From: Lama guanicoe | Lineage: Eukaryota | Length of the DNA: 64,000 nucleotides | Assembly: GCA_013239625.1 (NCBI GenBank) | Contig: MU053557.1 | Coordinates: 2,572,123-2,636,122, forward strand | Direction: 5' to 3' | In this document: one piece after another, positions 38,981 to 52,620 of the stretch | How positions within the stretch are numbered: the stretch's first letter is position 1 | Layout: every line of letters starts with the position of its first letter | Translations under genes and position numbers: made by a program | Notes under the pieces: generated by a model | The model's input: only the letters and a program-made list of their open reading frames with translations | Database searches by the model: none | What the model was told of the DNA's origin: nothing

Positions 38981-41900
38981 TCTTTCCATCTTTGTTTTCC
39001 TCATGGTGTTTTGCATAGGGCCAGATTATTAATCCATGTTGAACTGGAAAAAAATAGTCCCTTGTCCTGAATCCCCATGCACAAACTCACCCACGCACTT
39101 TTTGATTTCCCTCTACCACACAAGCAATTTTCCTTTGCACTTGCTCAGTTCCCAGTATTGAGGTGTTTGTTTTCCCCTCTTCCCCTGTGTGGCAATGATG
39201 CATTACTTTTTGACCATTTAAATATGAAAGTAGCTTACTGGGATAGAATGCCTCCTCCACCACAATTTATCATGCTGTCCATCAAAAAATTATGACTTCA
39301 AAGGGATCTAGCCATGCCCTCCTTTGGAGCCAAGTTCCTCCCTGCTAATGCGTAGTAAGCCCACCATGCTTGCTGAGCTGTGAAAACCCAGATGGTAGGA
39401 AGCAGGTGAGTAATGAATGCCATGCTGTTCCCATTAAAATGCACACACAGCCTCCCCATACTGACCAAATACCCAGAACTAACCAGGTTTGAGACAACTG
39501 CCTTTCATTCAAAACAAGTTCCTGCAACATCCACACTGAGAAGAGAGAATTTTCCAGTAGTGGAACAAAACTAGCCTAAAGGGCAAAGGAATTTTAAAAA
39601 TCCTAAGTCCTCTAAGTACAGAAATAGCCAATGGGAAATTGATAGCAGTCCAGACTTACCTCCAAGCCTGTGTGATTTATAGTGGAATCTGCTGTCAAGG
39701 TGTCTACCATCTGTCATCCACTCTTTCAAAAAGCCGAAGAATAATTAACTGCTCAGGCGATACAAACTCTGTCAATCATTCAGATCTATTATCTGCACAA
39801 TATGGGATCACCTAGGATGGACCCCAAAGTCAGTGGGACCCCAGGTCCAAAATGAGAAAGCTCAGCACATCTGCGGGGGGGGGGTGTGTCTTGAGCAGAC
39901 ACTGGAGTCCATTTGGCGTGTCTTTGGTCAAAAATTTGGCTGAGCCAGGAAGACTCAAGCACCTGTCTTGTGGGAGCTAAAGATCTCCATGTTTGTGAGC
40001 TGACTCTAATATCACTTCTTCCGGAAAGCCCTGCATGACTTCTTTCCAAAGCCAGACATCCCACTTTGGGATGTGGCCTCATCACTCCTATACTTCTCCT
40101 CCATCACAGTTATCACCACTTACCATTAGCACTTATCACAATGGTAACAGAACCATTTAAATCCCTTTGTTAGTCTCTCAGTTGTAAGCTCCACAAGGAA
40201 CTTGTTCACCGTTGAACCCTCAGCACCTAGCTGAGTGTCTTAATATAGAATAGGTGCTTCTTACTTTTTTAAAAATTGATTACTGAATGATAGTCAAAAA
40301 GAGCCAACACCAACCTGGACCAACACATAAAGAATGGATACCCTATGCAAAGTATCAATGAACAAAATACTTCTGCTGGTTGACAGTAAGAAACATTTTT
40401 AAGGGGTCTGAGGCAAAGGGAAGGTCTTATTTGGAAGACATAGTATTTTATGACTTTAGAACCAGATAGATTGATCAGTAAAGAAGAGGTTTTCTCCCAA
40501 AAAGCCTCTGTAGCATTGGCAGGGTCCTATGAATCACAGGAAGAGAAAAGAGCAGATGGATTGGTGAAGAGAAGGTACTGAAATAGGGTGCTGGTTGAGA
40601 GAGGGCACACAGGTAGTAATGAGAAAACCCAAGGTGGATATTGAGCAAATATGTCTGAGGTGCAAGGAATCTATTTAATGAATACCTATTATGCGCATGT
40701 CACTGGGCTGGGTGCCAGGGATATACTAATAAACATCACATACCTGGTCTTTGCCTTCAAGGAGCTTTCAGTAGAGGACTGGGAGGTAGTGGTAGACTGG
40801 GATAGAGCAAAAAAAAAAAAAAAAGTTGGAGAAGAGATTGGAAGTCTTTGAGCCACAGAGTAAGAATCCTAGTTTTGACCTAGAGGGCCATAGAAAGTCA
40901 CTACTGGAACTTAAGTTATCTTACATCTCAGCTGTATCCCTGCATTCAAGAACTCTCTTGTATTTCTCCAAAGGATAAATTGAACACTAAATGCAATATG
41001 CCCCTTTGCTAAACTCTAGGTGAGCCTAAAGAAAAGGATGTAGTAGGAAAGGATTCAGATTTTTCCTCCTAAAACATGAGGTTTCTATGTCAAACAAAAT
41101 AAAGATGTTGCTAACAGTTCATAAGATAGTATGCTATGATGGGTTTTCAATGGTCTTAGCAAAAAAATGGAATGCATTAGAATCAAATGTGTTATTTACA
41201 GTTCTATGAATCAGTATTTCTATATCTCTCTCTTTCCTCTCTCTCTGGCTAGGAATTGTGGTGCTCTGAATATTAGAATAAAATGTTACTCTCTTTTGGA
41301 TAATGACCCTAGTTTAAAGACTGGAAACAGAACTTTCCACATAGTAGGTAAACAATAAAAGACAGAATGAATAAATGTATTGATTTTTATCTTTAGCATG
41401 ACCCAACCTTTAATAAACGTTCATCAGGCAAAGGCCTTATAGTATATCCTTACTGAACTTTTCTATCCACTGAAAATTGGATGTTTAGAAAGTCCATTAT
41501 ATTCAATTTCATGTTCATGAAGCAGTTTAGATACCAATGAATAACGCAAATCATAGAAAAACCAGGAAAGACTAAATGAGACAGAATCGTTCATCATTCC
41601 ATTTATCCACTCAGCAAGTATTCACTGAACATAACTACTAGGTGTCAAATGCTATTCCAGGTATTGGATATACATCAATTAATAAAATAGATAAAATATA
41701 TGTCCTTGTGGGACTTATGTTAGAGAAAATGGTAGAGAAAATGTAAGACTCAATGAACATAATAATAAAACATAAGTTACGTACTGGGGTTGAAACAGAG
41801 CTGAGCAAGGTGAATTAAGAGTGCTGGAGGTGGGAGAGAGGCTAGATTTTAAATAGGGTGGTTCGATAGGTTTCACTAGAAGGAGGTGAAGAGACCGTAT

Positions 41901-42100
41901 GTACGTATCTGTAGAGGAGTGCTCAAGACAGAAGGATCAGACAGTGAGACGATCCTAAGAAACATGCACATGTCAGTGGACCAGTGTAGCTGAAGCCGTG
42001 CAAACAATGGGAAAACATGGTACCAGACATGAGAGGTTTAGATAACGTAGAGTCTTGTAGATCACAGCAAGCACTTTGGCTTTTACTGAAAGTGAAATGG

Positions 42101-42423
42101 GTACAACAGTGTGAACATACTTCATACCGCTGAACTGGACACCTAAAAATATAGTTGACCCTTGAGCCACATGGGTTTGAACTATGCAAGTCCACTTATA
42201 CATGTATTTTTTATAAGAGTACATACTACAGTCCTACATGCTCCATGACTGGTTGAATCCTCAAATATGCAGGAAGCACAGATATGGTGAGTTGACTTAA
42301 ATTACACCCAGATTTTCAACTGTACAGAGAGTCAGAGCCCCTAATTCCCATGCTGTTCAAAGGTCAATTACAGTTAAAATGGTAAACTTTGTGTTATGTA
42401 TACTTTACCATAATAAAAAAAAA
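42101..42423 (+). mobile_element. L1M 3' terminal fragment (split by the Tigger2-type element)
   Basis: caacagtgtgaacatactt..ctgaactggacacctaaaaat | gttaaaatggtaaactttgtgttatgtatactttaccataataaaaaaaaa. TGAAATGG at 42093-42100 and 42436-42443. Confidence 0.75.
42152..42370 (+). mobile_element. Tigger2/MER8-type non-autonomous DNA transposon
   Basis: TIRs tagttgacccttga... / ...ttcaaaggtcaatta, preceded by TA. Internal gggtttgaactatgcaagtccacttata. Confidence 0.8.
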
Positions 42424-45400
42424 GGTGAGAAAACATGAAATGGAAGACTGTTGGAGGGTTGGAATCGAAGAGTGATATAGTTTGGTTTTATAAGCATCAA
42501 TCTGGCCATAGTGTTGAGAAGAGACCATAGAGGGCTGAGGTGGAGTCAGGGAGTGCATTGAGACAATACAAGTGAAATGATGGTGGCTCAGACCAAGGTG
42601 CTGGCAGTGAAGGTACTGAGAAACAGTCAGATTGTGGATTCATATTGAGAATTGACTTGCGAAGATTTGCTGATGGTTTGGTTATGGGGTATGAAGGAGA
42701 GGAATCAAGGATGATTCCAAGGTTTTTGTCCTCAGCAGCTGGAAGGATGGACTGCCATCACAGATTAAAAGTTTGTAGGGGAAGCATGTATTTGGGGGAA
42801 GATCAGACATTCATTTTCAGGCATGCGAAGTATGAGAGGTTTATATATGAAGATATTGAGTAGATCATTGGAAATAAGTGTTTAAAATTCAGGAGAGGAA
42901 TCTGCACTGATGGTAACAATTTAGGAGTTATTAGCATTTCAGATGATGTTTAAACTCATGAGACTGGATGAGATCTCCAGGAGTGAGGGTCTTAAAAGAA
43001 GTGAGGAGGACCAAGAGCTGAACCTTGGGGCACTCCAATGGATAAAAGCATTGGGAGAAGAGGAAGAATCAGGAAAGGAACAAAGAAGGAGTTGTCAGTG
43101 ATATAAGAGGAAGATCCAGAAAGCTTAGCATCCTGGATGCCAAGTGAACTGCGGAGGAAAGAGTATCAATCACATCAAACACAGCTGATGGGCAAAGAGA
43201 AAGGTTTTGGCTGAACTTTGGACTTGAATCATGGTGGTCTCTTGAATGATGAAGTATGGTGTCCGTGGCACAGTGGGAGTGAAACAACTGGACTAAGTTT
43301 CAGAGTGAACACGAGGAGAGGAATTAGAGATTGTGACTGCGAACAACTCTTTCAAGTTGTGCTGCAAAAGGTAGCAAAGAAATGAGGTGGAAGATGTAAG
43401 GGAAGTCAGTGCTGGAAAGCGTTCCTGTAATATCCTAGTAACAATGGCATGTGCATATGTCAATGAAAAGGTTTCAACAGCCAGGGGAAATGAATGGTGA
43501 AGAAGAAAGAAGGTTGGATTGCTCAGTGAATGAATAAACAAATGTATGAGGAAACACACCAGTAACCAGGACTGGTCCACCACTAACAGCTGAAATAAAA
43601 TCTGTACAAGATCAATTCCTACCCAGAGCCAAAACATGGACAGGAAGCAAAAGTCTATTGAAACTCTATCTTCATGTAAGGTTTAACAGGATTCTCAAAA
43701 CACTTAGTATTGTCAGAGTTCCCCCATAAATCAGTATCTCAGAGTTCTACATGATCACAATGAAAGACAATCAACTTCTTGGTTTTTAAAAATTTCTTCC
43801 TCCCTTCCCTCTTCTCCTTTGAAGCTCCTCTCTTCCTCTCTTTCCTTCCCTTCCTTTTCCTCTTTCCACCCTTTCCTCCTTCCTGCCTTCCTTTTTCTTT
43901 TAAACGGAAGAAAGAAAAGAGAGTGGAAAGGACTCTATTTATTCTGCTACAAACATCCTTCTTCTTCTTCTTCTGCTACAAAGATCAAGGTCCAATACCT
44001 TGTATTTGCTTCCCAGGCAGAAGGCTGCTCACCTGTCCACTTTAAAATGATGCGTCAACTACAAGATCACTTCCACATGGGTAGGAAGCCTGACCTCCTT
44101 ATGGCCTTTCTTGGGTAACTTAACCCATTACTCCTAATATTTTACAGAAAGAAACAAGTCTGATAGAGCGGGAATAAAAAACACCCACACTCTCCTCCTG
44201 CCCTTTGGAAGATTTATGGACACTTTGCAAATGGCCAGGCCCAGGTGATGATGCCAGGAACTTTCCAAGTGATTTGTAGATCTCCCTTCCAGGAAGTCAG
44301 TCTTAACAGCAACCTCTTCTCACTGCACATTCCTTTATTACAGTGACTTTAGGGAGTGGAATGCAGCTGTCAGGCAGAAAACCCACTGAAATTAACTAGC
44401 TATTCACCTGGCCTCAAGATATTTCAGTCCCAGAAAAATATCAGTACCTCACCATTTAGACAAGTACAGTTCTTCTTTAAAAGTATCATTTATTGAGTTG
44501 GCCTCCCACATGTCAGGCATAGCACAAGACCTATAGCCTCTTCCTAAATCTGTATTATCAACCTCATTTATTAAACACCTACTTTGACTAGGATCTGTGC
44601 TTTGTGTTTTTATGTTACGTCATTTAATTGTCACTCACAGTCCATGACTTCAGCATCTTCCTTCATTTTTCAGGTCTAGAAATGGTAGAGAAGTTAAATA
44701 ACTCCCCCAAGCTTGGAAGGCTAATGATTCGTGGAGCTGGGATTAGAACTTGAATCTAGTTCCAAGTTCTTAACCTACCTCTTCGATTCTGCTTTCCTGG
44801 TTCTTTTTCCTACGCCTTCTGTTTTTTTTGGTCCCCATTCCCTTTTGTCTATTATTTCTTTTTTTCTAATCCTTTCTTAATCTTTCACATACAGTCACAG
44901 GCTGTATTTCTTAGCATGGAGAGTAGCTCTTCTGGGATCAACCTAACTTTTCCATCCTAACTTCTGAACTCCTTGTAGTACAAGAGCACCCTTGAGCAAA
45001 GTTTAACTCTTTGGGTTGCTTTGCTGACCAACTGTCATGTCACTTCATTTCCCTGTGACATTCTCTCCATCACTTGTGCCTGCCGGACATCTTTCTCTCT
45101 TCGACAGTACGCCCCTTGAGGGCAGGAACTAATTCACTCTTCTAGTCTGGAGGGCTTTTCTAGGCACCAGCACTTAGAAGGTTCCCAAAAAATTCCTGGT
45201 AAGTGGCTGAAGGAAAAATGAATACCTCAATCCTTCGAGGCCAGTTCCAATGCCACCCACTCCTTGAAGCTTTCTGTGAGCTCCCCGATTAGGAAAACCC
45301 CCCTTCCTCCTCACAACCTCTGCAACTCTTTGCGCTTTTCACATGCTACCTCTGACTGTCTCACTTATGTGTGTACTCGCTCTATTTTCCTTAAATCATT

Positions 45401-48057
45401 ACATTAAGGCAGAGTTCCTTTTGTACACATCTTTGCCTCTACCAATAAATTCCTGTTAGAACTCATCCTCTTTCCCCTTCCTTCCAAGACCCAGTTGAAA
45501 ACTAGTCTCTTTAGAAACCAAGGAAGAAGAGTTTTCATTTAAAACTTCACTAACCTGGTTGGTATCTTCTTACAGGGCATGACTCATTTTACACTGGATT
45601 ATGGTACAAATGTGACAGACTGCTCAAATATACTGTGTGTGTGTGTCTCCTTAACTAGATTATAAGTTCCCTGAAGACAGAATTGAATTTATTTCCTCAA
45701 TAGAGAGCATCTTTTTCAGTATCTAAGATCTCATTCTGTGCATAGCAAACATGACATAAATGGTCCACACTTAGAGATTTAGAATTCTCATGGGGACAAG
45801 TGATTGTTGGCCCGTGTAATGCATATGACAGTTCTGCCCTAAACTTAAAGTCACGAACGCTCTATTTTTGCCTACAGCTTATTATTATTTTTTAATGGTT
45901 CATTACTATAGGCACATAGCCTGGGATAACTGTGAAATAAAACCAGCATTTGAGAAGTCAAGTACAAAGGCCATTTTCAGAAGCACTCCCTCCAAGCACA
46001 GCAGATGGGACAGGAATGGAAACAGGATCATATTTCCCTGTCTCTAAGGACTTTACTTTTGGGGACATTTCAAGTACTGATTCCAATAACGTATGTTACT
46101 GCCTTTGAGGGTATGAAAAACCTTACGGCATGAAAAAGCCAATAACGATTAACTGCAGTAGCAAAATTCCTTTCTCTCCAACACACACCACAGCAGGTTC
46201 TTAGCCTTGATTTTGATGTATTGATTATCTCCTCCAAAGTCCATAGGAAGATATTAAATGTTAATACTTTATCAGGAAATAATAGAAGGAATAAAACCAT
46301 TGAACACTAAAGGTGCAGACTCAACACTTGCCACAGTCTCAAATATACCGCTTGTTTCTTCACCTGAAATTAAATCAATAGTAAAATTTACCAGCAGCCA
46401 TTTTGAGGAAGCTTTGGGATCATACACACCTTTTGCTAATTTATTACTGAGGAAACATTGTTAACTGGCCTTTTCCTACCTGCACACCTCAACTTAAATC
46501 ATCTCCCTGACTCAATGCCTCACTGTGTTCTAGCCCCACCAGTTTGCTGTCAGGATATCATAAATGTCATGCTCTTTCCCACTTTGGGGTCTGTAAACAT
46601 GCTCCTCTCTTTTTTTCCTAAACTACTGTCCCTCCTGCCTTTTCCTTGGCTAACATCTATTCATTTTTAAAATTTCAGCTTAAATAGCACATCCTAAGAG
46701 AGGCCTTTTCTGACTGTCTGCATTCACTCTACAGCCTAGTCACTCTCCGTTGCCCTTGGCTGGACCCTATTCTTTCCCTGTAAAGCATCTCTCAGAATCC
46801 ACCATTATATAGTTGGGTGTTTATTGTTAATGTTTGTCTCCCCTGTAAGATCATAAAGTTCATCAGGGCAGGGATCATAGCTGATTTTTTCACTTTGGTA
46901 TTCCTGGCCCACAGCCCAATGGTTGACACATGGTGGACTCAGTCAATGTTCAATGAAAGTATAGTCTTCTAGAATTGTTAATAGTTATTGCCTGATCACT
47001 TGGGTTCACATCCTCTTTCTGATACTGCACTCTCCCTCCCTCCTTGTTTTTGTTTCTCTCTCACAGACACACACACTTTTGGTTTTCAGTTGAAATGGAT
47101 GTAGCAGGCCTATGCGATTCTGAAAATTTAAAAACCAGTTATATCTGCCTCATTCTTAAAATCCATTTTGCCTCATCTTCCTCATTTCCCTGAGCTAATC
47201 ACATCCATGAAAACACATGCACTGTAAAATGTAGACACACCCTTCTGATTCTTAAATTCTAGTCCTTCCAATTTTCAGGAAGGCAACAGAGCACCAGAGA
47301 CCGGGTGGGAAGATCTTTCTCTGCCAAGAAGCCTGACCCAGTGAACTAGTTCAGACAAACACGCAGTTGGAATTGGATCGCCCCATCTCTGGGAAGGGAT
47401 TTCTGGATTAGACAGTTCATTCATTGGTGGCTGAGCCAGCTTTGAGGGCCTTTGCTCTGCATGCCTGGAGTTAGCAACGTGACACGGTGAAGGCTGCTTG
47501 AGTGACAGGTGCCAGTGAGTCACATGGAAAAACTGCTAAAATAGCAGCTATCCTGAGGCACCAACCACACCCTCAGGCTCAGGATAGCAGAAGTATACGC
47601 AGCTGAAAATGAGGTTCAGTGCCAACTCTTTGCTGGGCACCTTCTCTATGGCTCACCTAAGGCGTTATTTACAGAAATAATTCTAGAAGGTGGTCAATAG
47701 TAGTCTTTCAATGCCATTTTCAATTTCAGCTTCACCTCTTACTAGCTGGCTAATCTTGGGTATATTTCTTAACCTTTTCCTCCCCATCATCTAATCTGTA
47801 TAATGGGAAGGATATTATATTGAGGTTTAACTGAGTAAATTTATCCAAACACTTAGAATGGTGCTGGATACATGTAAGCACTAAATAAAGGATAGAATAA
47901 TACTTTACCTAAAAATAATACAGCAAACAGTTAGCAACATCACTTTAAGTGTCAGAAAGATACCAGTCAGCTCTGCCATTTATAACCGAAGTGCCTTTGA
48001 ACAAGTTATGTAAATTTTATGAACCTTAGTTTCCTTATCTTTAAAATAAGAATAGAA

Positions 48058-48534
48058 CCGGAATACTACTCAGCCATAAAAAATAATAAAATGCCATTTG
48101 CAGCAACATGGATGGATCTGGAGATCGTCATTCTAAGTGAAGTAAGCCAGAAAGAGAAAGAAAAATGCCATATGATATCACTTAAGTGTGGAATCTAAAA
48201 AAAATTTATATATATATAAAATAGAAACAGACTCACAGACAGAAAACAAACTTATGTTTACCAGGGGGTGGGGGAAACGGGGTGGGAAGGGATAAATTGG
48301 GAGTTTGAGATTTGCAAATACTAATATATATAAAATAGATAAACAACAAATTTATACTGTACAGCACAGGAAACTATATTCAATATCTTGTAGTAACTTT
48401 TATGGTGAAACAGAGCATGAAAACGAATATATGTATGTTTCTGTATGACTGAAGCATTGTTCTGTACACCAGAAATTGACACAGCATTGTAAACTGACTA
48501 TACTTCAATAAAAAATATATATCTATATATATAT
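48058..48534 (+). mobile_element. Young L1 3' end inserted into a MIR, with probable TSD
   Basis: ggaatactactcagccataaaaaataataaaatgccatttgcagcaacatggatgg...tacttcaataaaaaa. AAATAAGAATA at 48044-48054 versus AAACAAGAATA at 48535-48545. The MIR core continues across the insert. Confidence 0.92.
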
Positions 48535-48739
48535 AAACAAGAATAATATTGGTACCACTCTGGAGGTGACTTATAAGGATTAAATGAAATAAGGAAGGTC
48601 AGGAGCTTATGAGCATAATGTCTAGCATATCGTAGACACTCAAGCAATATGATAATCTGTTCTTTCTCTAAATGGATCGCCCCTTTGGATCCCAGAGAAG
48701 GCAGAGGAAGGCTCCACAACTCCACACCAAGGGACAGAT

Positions 48740-49130
48740 AGCACAGAGGATGCCAATTGTAATGGATGGACCAACAGTGTTGTTTTATTTGGCACTGCAA
48801 TGTTAGCCCGCACAGCTTTTCATTTTTGGGGGATGAGTTGTCAACACTTAAAAATTATGAGGTTCATATTAAAAAGTCCAGATTCTCAGTATCTTTGGGC
48901 AAAAAGAAACACTGGCACCATGAGGCTGGTATCCTCCCACTCCTGGCTTGAGCTGGGAAGTGGCTGCCTCCTTTAGACGGCACAGGGTCTTGAATTTATC
49001 TCATCCTCCACCACCCCCTAGTGCATCCCTCACCTTAAGGCCAAACGTTGGCTCCCATTTCTCTTCCTGAGGCTTTCCTTTACCTCTCTGCTTTCACCTT
49101 GGATGCTGCTTGGCCTCTGCAGGCAGGTGA
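48740..49130. mobile_element. MER102-like hAT-Charlie element
   Basis: aaaagtccagattctc..actggcacc..gagctgggaagtggctgcctcctttagacggc resembles recalled MER102. Limits approximate. Confidence 0.55.
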
Positions 49131-51858
49131 TTAGAGGCTGCTGGGCTTGACCTGTTCATTAGTATCCTCTGGAACTGGATACTGCTGCAAGGCTACAAGT
49201 AAGGAGGCAACCTCTCTGTCCTCACAGCCTCAGCCATTTGTCTACACTGGGAAACCAAAGGGTAGGATGAGTCAATTCCCCAGCTAAAGGCTGGTCTCAC
49301 CACTGAGCTGAGCACATCCTTCGAGAAAAGCCTCCCACCCAAAAGCTGACCCCGCAACTTCACAGTTTACTCATCCTGAATCTTCTCTAGCTCCACTTCG
49401 ACTAAGGGGAGAGGCTAAGGGACAAAAGACAGAGGTGCCTTACAACAGTGCTTTAGAGCCAAGTTCTCTAAATTATATCCAATGGTTACTAGTCCCTTGA
49501 GAGTCTGCTCCTTGGGTGAGAAAAAAAATCAAACACTTTTGGGAAATAGCTCAGACATTCTCTCCCATCTTGGGGGCTCATCTTGGCAAATTAAAGATTC
49601 AGAAATCCTGTGAGAAAGAAGCTCATCCACAACTCAGTCACTTAACAGATGTTTACAGAGCATCTCCTATGTGCCAGGTAATGTTCTAGGTGTGGGGGTC
49701 TCAGCATTGATATACAAGAACCCTGAACTCAGGTAACGTACTTTTGGGTGGACTGAAGGAGGATGCTTCACTCTGTTTCCAAATTCACTTGAGTACATAA
49801 TGCTACTGGGAAACATTGCTTTATGCCTTGTGAGCAGTGCCTTGTGGAATCTTACTTATCTCCAGGGCCCTTTGTGATAAGGGAATGGTGGAGATTTTCA
49901 CCCCATTAGTGCGTTACTAAATAATGCCACCTCAGAACTCTTCTAAGTCAGAGAAACACACAATTTATTTCTTGAATAGTCAATGATCCCACTAGGGCTT
50001 CCTTATTTGGGAAGAACCATAGCCTCATCTGGGACTTCAGATTTAGTCAGGGTTTTTTTTTTTTTTTAAGAGTATCACACAAAGGGTTAACTTGACTTTC
50101 AACTCCAAAGTGGAGTGTTTTTCTCTGCATCTGATATGACCCAGTTGGAAATGTATTTGTTTTTCACTGTTTAATCTTCTGCATCACCCACTGTTGATTA
50201 AATTTAATTAATTTATGTTTCTAATGAATTTAGAAACTCACAGTGCTGAAGCCGGGAAATTCTCAGACAGCATCTGGCCACCAAATGGATTGATTACCTT
50301 GTCTGCAAAAGTCTTTCAAACATCTGGGACCTGATTGTGCGAAACATCCAGAAGTGCTTTCAGAGGTAAGAAACACCCATGGCAGGGGGAGGGAGAGAGG
50401 GGGTGCTGGAAATAGGCAGGGTTTGCTTTGATTGTAAGTCTGGATCCTGGCACTCCCCCAACATGAAATCACATTTTTGCTGCTCATTGGCACAGTTTCA
50501 GTGGCACCAAATAGAAAGTGATCCGAATCTATTTTGTTCAACATAATCAGAATCCACCAGGCCTGGGCCCAGGCTGCCACCCCGTGAACCTCTTTGGCAC
50601 TTCCTTCCACGTGGAAGCTCCCACTGATCGTTAAGATGCAACACTGAGAGAAAGTATTTATTGAGAAGCACTTTGCTCTCAGTCATTTGACAAACATTAC
50701 CGGGGGCCCACTGTGTGCCTGGCACAGAGCCACGTGCCCCTCTTCACCAGCTGCTCTTGGCAACCACCCTACAAGGTAGGCACTGCTCTCCCATTCTCAC
50801 GGATGTGGCTGAGTACTACGCAAAAATGGTAATGATCAATGTCAGTATGAACTCTACTCATAAAGAATACAGATACACATACACACTGCAGATTCCATAT
50901 GAAGCCTCATTTAACTCCCACAATAAAACCACGAGGCAGATGTCACTCTTATCACCCCATTTTACAGATGAAAATACTGAGGCACCAGGAGCCTACATGA
51001 CTTGTCCAGCAGAACCCAGCTAGCCTTTGGCAGAGCCTTATAACATAGGCAGTCTACCTTGAGAGCCTTTGCTCTTAAGCACTCTGCCTGACTACCTTTG
51101 GGTAACATCCTGGAAGGCCTTCTCTGTGTTAGGCACTCTCCTAGGGGACTTGCAGCCTTATACTGTGGATTCATCATTCACAGCTTACACAGTGGGCATT
51201 GTTATTTCTGGATAAGGAAGGTGAAGCCCAGAAACATTGACTTAGGAAGGCTGCAAGGAAAATTCATAACAGGGATAAGGCTTTACTCAGGTCTGCAGGG
51301 CTACCAAGCCCACTTTCTGCTCACTGAGGTACCTGCTGATGGATGAGGGGAAAAAGGGTGGTGTGAACCCAAGAACTTTCTCAAAGCTGGTCCAAGAAAC
51401 CTGCTGGACAGGTCAAGAGAGAGGGGTGGCCTGGCTGCTTGCACAGCCCAAACCGCTCCAGAAAGAGAAGAGATAAAGAATGTACAAACAATAAGAAAAC
51501 AGCTTCATTTAAAAGCGGTAGGTGAAAGATGGTGGCAATCTCATTGTCTGACTGGTTTTTCTGCTTCAAGTTCGAAAAGAAAATGGCTGACACCCAGATG
51601 GACTACTTACAATAAAAACAACAATGAAAAAACCAGCCACACTGAACATCTGAGATTTTCTGAACAATGGATGCAGACTGTTGCACAACTAGGTGGCCAT
51701 AATTATATGTTGGTGTTAGAAAAAACCCAGTTTGACATGGTTCCTCTGATATAAAATCATTTACTAAGTCTGGCTATTTTTCCAATTTCAAAACCCGCTC
51801 ATTTCCTTTCATTCTTCTCTTGCTCAAGACTGTACTCCAATAAGGCCATACAGGCAGT

Positions 51859-51950
51859 GGGGGTGCATATAGCTCAGTGGTAGAATGCATGCTTAGCATC
51901 CACAAGGTCCTGGCTTCAATCCCCAGTACCTCCACGGACAGAATAATATA
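51859..51950 (+). mobile_element. tRNA-Ala-derived SINE (Vic-1-like), inside an L2 remnant
   Basis: gggggtgcatatagctcagtggtagaatgcatgcttagcatccacaaggtcctggcttcaatccccagtacctcca. Confidence 0.85.
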
Positions 51951-52431
51951 AAGCCATGCCATCTGTCTTCTTTGGGTCTTTGTACATGCTCCTTTCCTGC
52001 TTGGAGCCATTTCCATCTCAATCTCTCCTGTGGTCTGGCTAACCCCTATTCGGTCCTTTAGCCTCAGTCAGGTTGGGAATGTCTTATTCCAGGATGCCTT
52101 CTTTGACTTCCCTATTCTGGGCTAGGTGCACATTTTAAGTGCAACCTGTGTTTTCTCCTATTTTACTTATCACAATGTAAAGTAACTGCTTGAATATTGG
52201 CTGGTCTCCTCATCAGGAGAGCATATGTTGGTTATTTTTGTATCTTCACTGCATCAGACTGGTACATAACAGGTGCCCAATACAAATTTAACTGAATGGA
52301 TGGATGGAGGGGTTGTGAACCTTATAACATTCTCTTGGTTTCCCTGTTTGAAATCTCTCCCCTCCATACTTCATGCTACATCCTAGAGGTCATTAAACTT
52401 CCCTTTAAACTTTCATCATGTCATTTGCCTT

Positions 52432-52620
52432 AAGTCAGAACAGTGATAATCTTGGGTGATGGTAAGCATTTACGTGACAGGGGGCAGGGAATCCTAAAAA
52501 TGTCCTCTACTTTGATCTGGGTAACAGTGACATGGGTGAATACATATGTAAAAATCATCAAGATGAACACAGAAATAATATACTTTACTCTAAGTAATTA
52601 ATACACTAGTATAAATAAAT
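52432..52620 (+). mobile_element. Old L1M 3' end within an L2 remnant
   Basis: aagtcagaacagtg..aatgtcctctactttgatctgggt..catgggtgaatacatatgtaaaaatcatcaag..aaataaat. Confidence 0.65.

Larger units (their letters stand above)
41590..43505 (-). mobile_element. Long L2 fragment interrupted by a nested L1 and Tigger
   Basis: Starts with the reverse-complement L2 tail (cattccatttatccactcagcaagtattcactgaac). L2 motifs continue (gatggtggctcagaccaagg, ttcaggagagg, gagactggatgagatc). Confidence 0.85.

Noticed and set aside
51859..51935. Functional tRNA-Ala genes (also 9099 and 56310)
   Set aside because: Mismatched acceptor and T stems, 5' extensions and A-rich tails indicate SINEs.
51922..51942. REST/RE1-like half sites (cagtacc...ggacag)
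   Set aside because: Non-canonical spacing with mismatches, and the left half is SINE sequence.
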